Made by a program: the position numbers and the translations under genes | Assembly: GCA_964016885.1 (NCBI GenBank) | Contig: OZ024741.1 | Location: forward strand, 298,406,001-298,470,000 | Source: Eledone cirrhosa | Lineage: Eukaryota | Direction: 5' to 3' | Length of the DNA stretch: 64,000 nucleotides | The notes under the pieces: model-generated | Database searches by the model: none | What the model was told of the DNA's origin: nothing | Seen by the model: only the letters and a program-made list of their open reading frames with translations | Shown here: piece after piece, positions 27,930 through 41,138 of the stretch | Position numbering within the stretch: position 1 is the first letter of the stretch | Layout: every line of letters begins with the position of its first letter

Positions 27930-29288
27930 TTGCACAAAACATTCAAAAACTTTAACCTTAGTATTACCATGGACACAAACACCAAAAACGTCAACTTCCT
28001 AGACGCCACACTCTACTTAGACTCAATGATATATGCACCTTTCCACAAACCTAATGAAAAACTCATCTACGTAGATACCAAGTCTAACCACCCTAAATCT
28101 ATATTGAACTCTATCTCTAAGGGAGTATCTAATAGAATCTCTAATCTATCCTATGACATAAACACATTTAACAATAACTCGCAGTATTATAATCAGGCAT
28201 TAGCTAGATCAGGCCATAATACAGGGATAGAGTTCCTACCTACAAAAACACATAGCTACAACATCATTTCACACAACATGTCCATGGGAAAATTTAATAA
28301 TAGGAATAGCAACTGCACGCACACTAATAGGGATTGTAACAACAAAAGTAACCCGCACCACAGAAATGACCATAGGAACATTAAAGGAAACAAATCACCA
28401 GACATAAAAAACAGAAATAGAAGAAGAAATAATACATTTTTCAACCCTCCTTTCAATTTAAACGTCTCTACCAACCTTCCTAGGGCTTTCTTCTCACTAC
28501 TAGATAAACACTTCCCATCCGGCCACAGGTACCACGGCCTTTTAAACAAAAACACTATTAAGATCTCATACTCTACTACGCCTAACTTAGCATACCACAT
28601 AGCTAGTACAAATAAAAGAAAAATTAATTCTTACTTCCAACAAACTAAATCACAATGGTCGATAAACCTTCAAAATAACATTCAAAATAACAGTCAAAGT
28701 AACATTATAACAAATAACCGTAATATCAATGGAAATAATAGTAATAGCACTAGTGTAAACATTAACGCTGCGTACCACAACCCACATAACCATAACCCTA
28801 TAGCTAACATCCAAACTTCTACACAGCATAGTAACCGGCAGACTAGCACCCAGAGTAATTGTAACTGTAGATCAAGTAGAACCTGCCCTTTAGATAAAAA
28901 ATGCTTAACCAAGGATATCATATACTCATGTACAGTCACAACTAACAGCTCTTCTGAAACCTATATAGGCTCCACTTTTAACTGCTTCAAAACTAGATAC
29001 AATTCGCACCTCCACTCTTTCAAAAAACACAGTCTAGCCAACTCCACTTCACTATCTAGCTACATACACTATCTAAAAACTAAAAATAAAATATATACAC
29101 TTAAATGGGAAGTGGTAGGTAGTGCAACATCGTACAAACCACCTAATAAATTTTGTAACCTCTGTCTACTAGAGACCCATACTATCATCTTCTCTAAACA
29201 TAATCTCCTTAATAAAAAATCAGAAGTGTTCGCAACTTGCCAACACCGCTTCCGACACTCGTTCCAAAACTTTAAACCCTATATATAA
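27930..29288 (+). CDS. PLE ORF remnant: RT thumb, linker and GIY-YIG endonuclease (Naiad-like)
   Basis: VNFLDATL, SNHPKSI, CNCRSSRTCPLDKKCL, IIY..YIGST..FKTRYNSH, CNLCLLE, LLNKKSE..CQH. Confidence 0.88.
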   Translation: MHKTFKNFNLSITMDTNTKNVNFLDATLYLDSMIYAPFHKPNEKLIYVDTKSNHPKSILNSISKGVSNRISNLSYDINTFNNNSQYYNQALARSGHNTGIEFLPTKTHSYNIISHNMSMGKFNNRNSNCTHTNRDCNNKSNPHHRNDHRNIKGNKSPDIKNRNRRRNNTFFNPPFNLNVSTNLPRAFFSLLDKHFPSGHRYHGLLNKNTIKISYSTTPNLAYHIASTNKRKINSYFQQTKSQWSINLQNNIQNNSQSNIITNNRNINGNNSNSTSVNINAAYHNPHNHNPIANIQTSTQHSNRQTSTQSNCNCRSSRTCPLDKKCLTKDIIYSCTVTTNSSSETYIGSTFNCFKTRYNSHLHSFKKHSLANSTSLSSYIHYLKTKNKIYTLKWEVVGSATSYKPPNKFCNLCLLETHTIIFSKHNLLNKKSEVFATCQHRFRHSFQNFKPYI

Positions 29289-29829
29289 TAATGTCAGACT
29301 GGAACCGGCACCACCCCTAGCAATTAACATCAGTAGCACACCTTACACCTCACATCCACACCCATTTCTATACTCTAAAGATAATACTGACAGCATTTTA
29401 GTACCACCTACCCTGGGAATACCCCCTTGTACCTCTAATTCTGATATCTCGACCGTGGACTACTTATTCTGCATTGCACAAATATAAGATTAGTATAAAC
29501 TGGGGACACGGTACTGGTTGCGATAACATAGTCCTGTGCATGGATTCCCACCAAGAGATAGATTGATGATTAGATAGATAATCGTATTGTTATGTGAATA
29601 TATACTGTAAACGATCAGTTCAATGAATTATGCACAGGAGATGCATGAGTTAGGAGCCTCTGTGTTGCCTGGTGACCTGACCGGCACCTTTTGTCGAAAG
29701 AACCGGCCACCGGACCACCCTGGTGAACTTACCGGGGATGCAGTCTTACTACGACCTGAATCTCGCCGGGAGTCATGTATGATAATAAGACCATTACTGA
29801 TAGTGAGACCCATGTAGTTAATTATGTAG

Positions 29830-30420
29830 TCTGACTCTTCTTATGGATTGGCCGGGTGTGGCACCCCATGTTGGATTGTGGTCATCATGATACGAACTCC
29901 TTTAGTACTTGTTACTGGACTCCACTCTAACTTGTGGATGGGATACCTGATCTATATGTGGGACGTGGGTTTATGTATTGCTTGGTGGCCAGACAGGTTC
30001 CCTGGTATGAGAGATTTAATCTCCAGATTGTAATCATCTTGATGTGAACTCCTTTAGTACCTATTAATAGACTCCACTCTAACTTGTAGATGTGATACTT
30101 AATTGATTATATATGAGACGGGGGTTGTCTATTGCTTGGTGACCAGACTAGTGCCTTTATATGAGAAATTGGATCTCCGGACCATACCGAAGATTTACTG
30201 GAGATTCAGACATGCAATGACCCGGAGCCTACCGGGTGGCATATATAATAGTGGGACCATACCAGGTCCTACCGTTATATTACATTTGCATGGAACAGTG
30301 ACTTGAGAGTCTGACTCCTCTTATAGATATGACACCCCTTAATGGATGGTAATCATCCTAATATATACACCCTTGTACTTCTTAATGGACTACTCTCTAA
30401 CCTATAAATGGGTAACATAC
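29830..30420 (+). repeat. Three diverged direct repeats in the PLE 3' UTR
   Basis: Recurrent GAACTCCTTTAGTAC..GACTCCACTCTAACTTGT near 29895, 30047 and (degenerate) 30370. Confidence 0.65.
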
Positions 30421-31198
30421 TCTAGAAATTAGTTATAACTTCATATGATAGGCACGTATTTGAATCACCATTAATGTAGTTTAGGATAGTAATTTAACTA
30501 AGATAACTAGCTAGTTACATCCCCTTACGCATTAATTCCCTTTAGTCATTCAGACACTTCCGGAATCTGGACAGCATGATCTATTAATTAAGAACCGACT
30601 AGATACGGTTTATAGCTTGATTATATGCTGAACCACCGCGAATTATACGATAGACACGTGTTCTCTATATATATTGCGTCTCATGGATTATGTGAGTGGT
30701 GGTGTGAGCGAAGACAGTGGTACGGCTTTGCCTACGATACAATAAGGTTTATAGTATGTTGAAAGTTTTTGATATTTTGGTGTTTCCCTGCATCCGAGAC
30801 TGTATATCATACAGATGTATGAGAATAAATGACTTAATAATTCAGCCCACATAATAAGATCGATTGCCTGCTTCAACTGCCTGACCCTGCAAATATCATT
30901 CTGACGCACTCTAATCATGTATAAATAAGACACGCGTGCATGCTACACGTGAGATTGTTTCATACACTGACTACTCTAAACTTTCCTCTTGCTTTATCTT
31001 CATAGACTGCCAACGCTTCATGTTTATCTTTATTTTCATTCTTGTTTTTATTTTATTTTTATCCTGTAACCTTTATATGTAAATTGCCATGCTATATCAT
31101 TTGATGAATGTCACCCCACTGTTGATCAATATGCGCATATGTTTTATATGTCTCTTGGGTTGAAAAGGAGGTCAATTATGTTATAGATCAGTAAATAG

Positions 31199-31246
31199 TT
31201 GCTCCGAAGAACCAAACCTCGGTTTGGAGGAAACAATTGTAAGCAA
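31199..31246 (+). ncRNA. Minimal type I hammerhead ribozyme with variant CCGAAGA core (mirror copy 27740-27788 on minus)
   Basis: TTGCT-CCGAAGA-aCCAAACC(tc)GGTTTGGag-GAAA-CAATTG-TA-AGCAA. Confidence 0.7.
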
Positions 31247-31285
31247 ATAAATGACTTAAACTGAACTTTGATTATTGTAATCTCT

Positions 31286-32374
<1,089 letters not shown>

Positions 32375-32571
32375 GTAGATAAATCTACCAAGAGTTTACG
32401 GTAGTGTCCAATCCGTATGAAGAACTCAATGTATTCCGGATATCATGGAAAGAAGAGATGTAATGAAAAATCACTTTCGGTGAAAGATAAACGGTATACA
32501 GAGTCAAGATAAAATATTAAACAAATAATGAATAAACAATGAAAACAGTTCCTTATATTAAACAAAAAAAG

Positions 32572-32725
32572 TTCATTATTTAACGATCGTTTCTAGGATA
32601 TATATGTGTTAGAATTGGCATGCATATTCAACAGATCTATGTACAAAATTATATAAAATTATACAAACTATCAAGATTAAATATACATATCAACACATAT
32701 ATACGCCGTCTTCAGAAATAATGAA
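32572..32725 (-). ncRNA. Hammerhead ribozyme-like motif with ~115-nt stem II
   Basis: Minus strand: TTCATTATTT-CTGAAGA-[..TATATATGTGTT...AACACATATATA..]-GAAA-CGATCG-TT-AAATAATGAA. Confidence 0.65.
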
Positions 32726-33362
32726 ATATATTTATTGATAATAACAACAATTCAAAATTTCAGGTCCGTTTGGGAACAAAATTGACCAATGAAAATACAA
32801 AAGGTTTAATGCAGTTCGGTGTGTGTATATACATGTAACTACCCTTACACATATTTTACAAAAATGTATGCACAACTCGTATACGCATACGAAAAGGATG
32901 GATGCAAATACAACATTTCAAGGTTAATGTCTCTGTAAGTTTATAATGCACAGATAAGATGCGTATAGACACATAAATATGAAATAAGTGTATATACATA
33001 TTTTCATACTCACTCATATCCGTACAATCACACATACACACGCGTATATGCATAAACATACACATAAACTACGAACATACAAACACACACACACCCCCAC
33101 TCACATATATATATGTGGATATAAAATCCTAAGCACATGGATATTAATTCACTCACATAAACATTGGCACACACATTTAGATCAAGATACAGAAATTAGG
33201 TGGGAGGGGGGGAGAGGTCAGTATTCAACTGTTTGGGCAGACTGCTTAATATAGATGTATCTATAAACTAAGAAAATAAAAAATAATAAATAATAAATAA
33301 ACATTAAAAAGGAAAGAAAAGAAAAAGAAAAAGAAAAAAGAAAAAAGAAATATATCAAGAAA

Positions 33363-33427
<65 letters not shown>

Positions 33428-33933
33428 CACGTACATACACACATATATATACACATACACACATACAAACACATACATACATATACACACATCCACACTT
33501 AGAACATACATACACACACATATATAAACATATACATATACACACATACATACACATACACACATACATATAAATACACATATATATATACACATATATA
33601 TATACATATATATACATATATATAAATATATATATATATATACATACACTCATACATACACATATAATCACACATACTATATAGACACACATATATATAC
33701 ACACATACACGCACATATACATACACTTACATACATATATATATACAGATATACACATACATACCTATATATACACACAAATACATACAGACATACATAC
33801 ATACATACAGACAAATACTTAGGCATCTATATATCGGTATATACATACAAACACCACTACACTCTCACACAACTCAGACATACAAAGAAAAAGGTATATA
33901 CCTATACACATATACATATACAAATAGAGAAAC

Positions 33934-33992
<59 letters not shown>

Positions 33993-34391
33993 CATACATA
34001 TACACATATACACACATACACATACATACACATACATACATGTACACACACATAGATATATATACACATACACACATACACACATACATATTTAGTCATA
34101 CACACACATACACCTACACGAACATACACATACACATATATAAAGATATATATACACACACACACACACACATACACACACACACATATATATAAAAAAT
34201 GAAGATATATATATATATATATATATATATAAATTGGAATAAATGCTCTGAAATAGCGATATATATGTGAATATAGACATAGAATATTCGAAAATATTCT
34301 GTATGTTTATAATAAACATTTTGAAGACCTAATCGCTATAGAATAGAATACGTCACGTATTACAATTAGATTCTCGATAAAAGCAAGGGAA

Positions 34392-34434
34392 GTAATCTAC
34401 GCGTTTCATTCTTGTTAGAATTCATCAGGACTAC
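34392..34434 (-). ncRNA. Hammerhead ribozyme (further minus copies at 34702-34744, 35012-35054, 35322-35364)
   Basis: Reverse complement of GTAGTC-CTGATGA-ATTCT(aaca)AGAAT-GAAA-CGCG-TA-GATTAC. Confidence 0.88.
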
Positions 34435-35566
34435 ATATCCAGTGCTTTTATCGAGAATGACACAGCTAGAGACTTATAGAATACTTAGCTGTGTACAGGA
34501 ACTGGTTTGAAAGAGCGGTTGCCGGTCCGGCAGAAATTAGAAATTGGAATAAATGCTCTGAAATAGCGATATATATGTGAATATAGACATAGAATATTCG
34601 AAAATATTCTGTATGTTTATAATAAACATTTTGAAGACCTAATCGCTATAGAATAGAATACGTCACGTATTACAATTAGATTCTCGATAAAAGCAAGGGA
34701 AGTAATCTACGCGTTTCATTCTTGTTAGAATTCATCAGGACTACATATCCAGTGCTTTTATCGAGAATGACACAGCTAGAGACTTATAGAATACTTAGCT
34801 GTGTACAGGAACTGGTTTGAAAGAGCGGTTGCCGGTCCGGCAGAAATTAGAAATTGGAATAAATGCTCTGAAATAGCGATATATATGTGAATATAGACAT
34901 AGAATATTCGAAAATATTCTGTATGTTTATAATAAACATTTTGAAGACCTAATCGCTATAGAATAGAATACGTCACGTATTACAATTAGATTCTCGATAA
35001 AAGCAAGGGAAGTAATCTACGCGTTTCATTCTTGTTAGAATTCATCAGGACTACATATCCAGTGCTTTTATCGAGAATGACACAGCTAGAGACTTATAGA
35101 ATACTTAGCTGTGTACAGGAACTGGTTTGAAAGAGCGGTTGCCGGTCCGGCAGAAATTAGAAATTGGAATAAATGCTCTGAAATAGCGATATATATGTGA
35201 ATATAGACATAGAATATTCGAAAATATTCTGTATGTTTATAATAAACATTTTGAAGACCTAATCGCTATAGAATAGAATACGTCACGTATTACAATTAGA
35301 TTCTCGATAAAAGCAAGGGAAGTAATCTACGCGTTTCATTCTTGTTAGAATTCATCAGGACTACATATCCAGTGCTTTTATCGAGAATGACACAGCTAGA
35401 GACTTATAGAATACTTAGCTGTGTATAGGAACTGGTTTGAAAGAGCATTTATTCCAATTTCTAATTTCTGCCGGACCGGCAACCGCTCTTTCAAACCAGT
35501 TCCTGTACACAGCTAAGTATTCTATAAGTCTCTAGCTGTGTCATTCTCGATAAAAGCACTGGATAT

Positions 35567-35609
35567 GTAGTCCTGATGAATTCTAACAAGAATGAAACGC
35601 GTAGATTAC
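35567..35609 (+). ncRNA. Hammerhead ribozyme (further plus copies at 35877-35919, 36187-36229)
   Basis: Canonical CUGAUGA and GAAA boxes, 5-bp stem II, palindromic CGCG stem III, GUA cleavage triplet; stem I extended by ATTCTCGATAAAAGCA/TGCTTTTATCGAGAAT. Confidence 0.88.
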
Positions 35610-36345
35610 TTCCCTTGCTTTTATCGAGAATCTAATTGTAATACGTGACGTATTCTATTCTATAGCGATTAGGTCTTCAAAATGTTTATTATAAACATAC
35701 AGAATATTTTCGAATATTCTATGTCTATATTCACATATATATCGCTATTTCAGAGCATTTATTCCAATTTCTAATTTCTGCCGGACCGGCAACCGCTCTT
35801 TCAAACCAGTTCCTGTACACAGCTAAGTATTCTATAAGTCTCTAGCTGTGTCATTCTCGATAAAAGCACTGGATATGTAGTCCTGATGAATTCTAACAAG
35901 AATGAAACGCGTAGATTACTTCCCTTGCTTTTATCGAGAATCTAATTGTAATACGTGACGTATTCTATTCTATAGCGATTAGGTCTTCAAAATGTTTATT
36001 ATAAACATACAGAATATTTTCGAATATTCTATGTCTATATTCACATATATATCGCTATTTCAGAGCATTTATTCCAATTTCTAATTTCTGCCGGACCGGC
36101 AACCGCTCTTTCAAACCAGTTCCTGTACACAGCTAAGTATTCTATAAGTCTCTAGCTGTGTCATTCTCGATAAAAGCACTGGATATGTAGTCCTGATGAA
36201 TTCTAACAAGAATGAAACGCGTAGATTACTTCCCTTGCTTTTATCGAGAATCTAATTGTAATACGTGACGTATTCTATTCTATAGCGATTAGGTCTTCAA
36301 AATGTTTATTATAAACATACAGAATATTTTCGAATATTCTATGTC

Positions 36346-36419
<74 letters not shown>

Positions 36420-37019
36420 CATACATATACATACACACATATATAGATATATATGTACATACATACACATACATAGATACATACACACAGATACATACAT
36501 ATATATATATATACACATAGACATATACTTACATACACACACAACATACATACACACATATATACTCATACATAGAATTAGATATATAATCATACATACA
36601 TACGCACTTACATATACTCATATATACAAATACATACGCATCCATATATGCGTATGTACATAGAAACACCACTACACCCTCACCCAACTCAGACATACAA
36701 AGAAAAAGGCATATACATATACATATATACACGCATTAATAGAGATATATATACACATATATATATATATATATATACACACATACACTTATATATATAT
36801 ACTCACACCCACATACAACCAAAAATACACATACAAACACCCACATATACATATATATACACATATATATATATATACACACACATAAAAAACAGACATG
36901 CACATATATATTTTTTTACACACATATATACACATATATATACATATACACACCCTCACATATACACACATACACATAAGTTATATTATAATAATAAATA
37001 ATATATATATATATATAAC

Positions 37020-37076
<57 letters not shown>

Positions 37077-37337
37077 CGAATATAGACATATATACGCACA
37101 TAGATACACATATATATATATATATACACATACATATACACACACACATATACACACTCACATATACATGTGTGTGCACACACACATATATACACATACA
37201 CACATATACACATAAACACATATATGTGTATACATGCGCACACACACATATATCCACATAGATACGAAGATAGACATATAAATAGAGAGACATACATATA
37301 TATACAAACACACACATATACATACATACATACACAC

Positions 37338-37416
<79 letters not shown>

Positions 37417-37715
37417 CACACATACACATACACATATATATACACACATGCATATATACACATATACACATACATACACACACATATATATACACACACA
37501 ATCTTACATTCTTATTTGCATGCGCATATATGTATTTTTATATTCAGATATAAATACCCAAACATATATACACCTACCTACATATATATTCATACATACA
37601 CGCCTACAAAGACAGATGGTAATAGTATGGGGGAAAGGGGGGGGGTTGGAGAAGGGGATTATAGTAAATATATGTTTCAAGAAACATAGAATATTATCCG
37701 TATCAGGATCCAATG

Positions 37716-37750
<35 letters not shown>

Positions 37751-38768
37751 TAGTTTCAGTGTTAGGAAATACAATAAACAAGAAATAAGGCAAAATTTAT
37801 GCATTTCAAAATAAATAAGTATACCATTAAATTATATGTTAACTAAACTAAAGATAGTTAACATATTGATTTCTAAGGTGTAAATTAGTTAGGTTTATAA
37901 TATTTGAAGCAGAATTTTGAAGTTAAATAGTAGTAGAGTATTAATTATAGTATAACTAAATTAAAGTTAATAACGTTATGGTATCAATATTAGGAACTGA
38001 ATTTAGTAATAGGGAAAAAACAAATAAAGTATTACATCGGTAGTAGAATATAAATTATAGGTTAACTAAATTAAAAATTATATATTTATTTCTATAGTAT
38101 ATGTTAATTAGGTATATAATAAATAAAACAGATATTGTATTTTATCAATAGCAGAATATAATTATATGCAAATAGAAATCAAAATTAATACATATACATA
38201 TACATATACATACACATATATATATACACATATATATACATATATATATACATATATACACATATACACACACACACACATACACATACACATATACATA
38301 TACATATTTTTTCAAAAATTGCAAAGAATATATTAACTAGGTATATATCCAAAACACATCCCATTCTATGATTACATGACATTCTGCAATTCGTCTGTAT
38401 AAGGATACTAATTTTAAGCCAATTAAATTAAATTTTTAGGTTGATTAAAATTAAAACCAAATTATAAATATATTTCTAAAATGTATATTAATTAGGTCTA
38501 TAATACTAAAAATTAATTCTCTGTCATTGGATACACGATATTTTGTTATATTTTATCTGTAAAAGAATTATAATAAAAGGTTTAAATAAATTAAAATTAA
38601 TCTATAAATTAAATTACTAAGTATATATTAGTAATATTTAAAGGTTTTTCACAATTTATGATTACATAATATTTTATATTCTCATCTGTAATAGAATTTT
38701 AATTAAATTAAATTTATAGGTTAACTAACATTTAAATTAAAATTAAATTAATTTCTAAAATAATGTTA

Positions 38769-41138
38769 TTAATTAGGTTTATAATATTTAAATGTTTTTT
38801 TTAGTTTATGATTACACGATATAATTAATTCCTGTCGTTTATTTAATAGGATATCCTTAGATTTCATTATTTCAAATAGTTCTTGGGAACATAATCTACA
38901 TTCATTTCTATTATTTTGATAAGGGGTGGCTCTTTTGAGCACACTCCAGGTCAAATCATATTCTATATTCTTATTTTTATAAATATTGATTTTTTCTGCT
39001 AGAGATGTTGTATTAGCCAGTGCGGCATTTTTAAAACTATGCTTGTGGGTATTAAACCTTGTCTTAAAATTGTTAGAGGTAGCTCCTATATATGAGCAAA
39101 TAGAATCTTTAGTTTTAACATTACATTTATAGACTATGTTGTTAACAAGACAATTCCCTTTTAATGGGCAGTTTGCTTTGTTTCTACAGTTACAACCTTT
39201 CGTTAATTCTGTATTTGAGGAGATATTATGGTTAATTTGATGTACTGGTGGTATACTTATGGTTTTCTTACATTTATATGCATTATAGGCACTTATATTT
39301 TGTTTTATGTTATTTGTTGTAGAATATGAGAATTTAACTGTAGACCTATTTAAGATTTGATGGTATTTGTGGTTTGGCGGGAAGTTTTTCTCTAGGATAT
39401 AAAAAATTTTTTTAGCAATATTATCCTTAATTTGTAAATTAAATGGAGCATTATACCAAGTAACCCGTCTATTACGGTTTCTATGTTGTTTATTATTTTT
39501 ATTATTTTTATAGGTTGTATCATGATTTTTACTAGGAGGATTAATGTTAATGATCTCACCACAACCATTTTTAGTTATATTTGTAGATTTAGGTGTTTTA
39601 TCCTTTTTATTAGGAGTTTTATTATTAATATTTATTAGAGTTGTATGATGAGTAGTTTTTTGAGAGTTACTATACTTTATATTAGAAGATTTGGTATTTT
39701 GGGGTATAGTGTGGGTGGCATTTAGGTGTGTACTTTTCATTTGGGGTTTGTTGGTAATATTAGGTTGTATGCTTTCAGTATTTTTAGTAGAAGGTATATA
39801 TTCTAATCTATTTTTGTGGCCACTTCTATCTAGAGCTTCGTTATAGAAGGTCGCATTTTTATCAAATACATCTTGGTTAGAAGAAAGGTTAGAAATTCTA
39901 AGTGATATATTATATGCAAGGTTTTTAAGGATAGATTTAGGGTGATTAGATTGTGAGTGTATGTAATGTAAGTTTTGGTTTGGTTTATGGTAAGGTTGGT
40001 AGATACCCGTAGCTAAATCTAAAGTTATATCTAGGAAATTTACTACTTTACTTGTTTTTTCAAAAGTAATATTAAGATTATAATAGTCTTTAAGGAAAGT
40101 TCTAATATGTTTTTTGTTTTTTTCAATTTCTGAAAGGCTAAGGTTGTTAGAAAGAAGAAGACAGTCATCACGATATAAACCACCTTTGAGGTGGGGAAAG
40201 GAGGCATTTATGTTGAAAAGGAGAAAGAGGCCCACAAGATCAGTAATTTGGGCGGAATCGCTTGAACCCATAGTAATATCAAATAGATTACTATATGTGT
40301 TTCTGGTCCAGTATTCATTCTGAAATTCAATAAGTGTTAGTCTAGCATGTGTAATAATATTAATGTCATCCAAAGTTAAGTTAGATCTATTTTTAGCAAA
40401 TATCAATGCTTTGTTCAGGAGTATAGGTGATATAGAAGAATAGTAATTATCTATATCAAATTGTAGAAATGAAGCAGAAGATTTACATCTAATATTTTTA
40501 AACCAGTTAATTACCTGGGAGGTGTTTTCCCAGAGTGGTAAAATAACGTGTTTTCTTATTTGTGGGATGACTCTATCCAAAATTTTATTGCTAATTATTC
40601 CAATATCTGATTTGGAGGGACATATAAGTCTAATAGAAGGATTTGAGTTAAAATTTGATTTATGATCCTTCAGGTTGAAGTGTGGTCTTTTCAATGCCAA
40701 AGGTTCAGTTCTATCTTCAATGTTTAGTTTTTTTACTATGTTGTGTGTTTTGTTGTTGATGTTGGTGAGTGACGCATTATTAGATTTTTTATAATTTTTT
40801 CTGAGTTCTTTATATATGAACTCATTATAATGTTCAATATCCATATGATACAAATTACCAGTTTTGTCCGAGTGGACATGGATTTTTTTAGACTTTTTTA
40901 GGTCCAATAGGGTAGAGTCAAGGTCCTTTTGAAAGACGGATTTATATTTTTTAAATTTGAGGTGTTTAATTAAATTAAAAAGGTCTTTCTCGAAGTCTTC
41001 AAGTAAAAAGTTGTGTGGTGGATTCTTGTAAGTATTGAAATCATACATATATTTCCGATCTGCTTGTTTAGATTTTCTATCGAAGTGGTAGGCTCTCCAT
41101 CTAACCCTTCTGATAAAATTATTAGTTTTTTGAATCAT
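38769..41138 (-). CDS. Penelope-like RT plus GIY-YIG polyprotein (Naiad-like), 789 aa uninterrupted
   Basis: SDKTGNLY, LKDHK, RLICP, QFDIDNYYSSI, FDITMGS, GLYRDD, VNFLDITLDL, CNCRNKANCPLKGNCL, YIGATSNNFKTRFNTH; probable true start at ATG 41211 across one frameshift. Confidence 0.92.
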   Translation of the reverse strand: MIQKTNNFIRRVRWRAYHFDRKSKQADRKYMYDFNTYKNPPHNFLLEDFEKDLFNLIKHLKFKKYKSVFQKDLDSTLLDLKKSKKIHVHSDKTGNLYHMDIEHYNEFIYKELRKNYKKSNNASLTNINNKTHNIVKKLNIEDRTEPLALKRPHFNLKDHKSNFNSNPSIRLICPSKSDIGIISNKILDRVIPQIRKHVILPLWENTSQVINWFKNIRCKSSASFLQFDIDNYYSSISPILLNKALIFAKNRSNLTLDDINIITHARLTLIEFQNEYWTRNTYSNLFDITMGSSDSAQITDLVGLFLLFNINASFPHLKGGLYRDDCLLLSNNLSLSEIEKNKKHIRTFLKDYYNLNITFEKTSKVVNFLDITLDLATGIYQPYHKPNQNLHYIHSQSNHPKSILKNLAYNISLRISNLSSNQDVFDKNATFYNEALDRSGHKNRLEYIPSTKNTESIQPNITNKPQMKSTHLNATHTIPQNTKSSNIKYSNSQKTTHHTTLININNKTPNKKDKTPKSTNITKNGCGEIININPPSKNHDTTYKNNKNNKQHRNRNRRVTWYNAPFNLQIKDNIAKKIFYILEKNFPPNHKYHQILNRSTVKFSYSTTNNIKQNISAYNAYKCKKTISIPPVHQINHNISSNTELTKGCNCRNKANCPLKGNCLVNNIVYKCNVKTKDSICSYIGATSNNFKTRFNTHKHSFKNAALANTTSLAEKINIYKNKNIEYDLTWSVLKRATPYQNNRNECRLCSQELFEIMKSKDILLNKRQELIISCNHKLKKTFKYYKPN

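Larger units (their letters stand above)
27531..31285 (+). mobile_element. 5'-truncated Penelope-like element with inverted pLTR and ~1.8-kb 3' UTR
   Basis: 27701-27917 is the reverse complement of 31070-31285; (TA)n on both flanks; encloses ORF 27930-29288. Confidence 0.88.
34231..36350. repeat. Palindromic array of 310-bp units: ~3.9 units, then ~2.9 inverted units
   Basis: Units start at 34231, 34541, 34851, 35161; inversion at AGAGC 35442-35446; inverted units at 35461, 35771, 36081; nearly identical copies. Confidence 0.95.

Noticed and set aside
34231-36350. CRISPR-like or simple satellite interpretation of the array
   Set aside because: No unique spacers and a eukaryotic context; the units are 310 bp, near-identical and contain ribozyme cores.
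38769-41138. Selenocysteine-encoding Naiad (in-frame UGA plus SECIS)
   Set aside because: No in-frame UGA in this ORF or in 27930-29288; the conserved positions are ordinary Cys.
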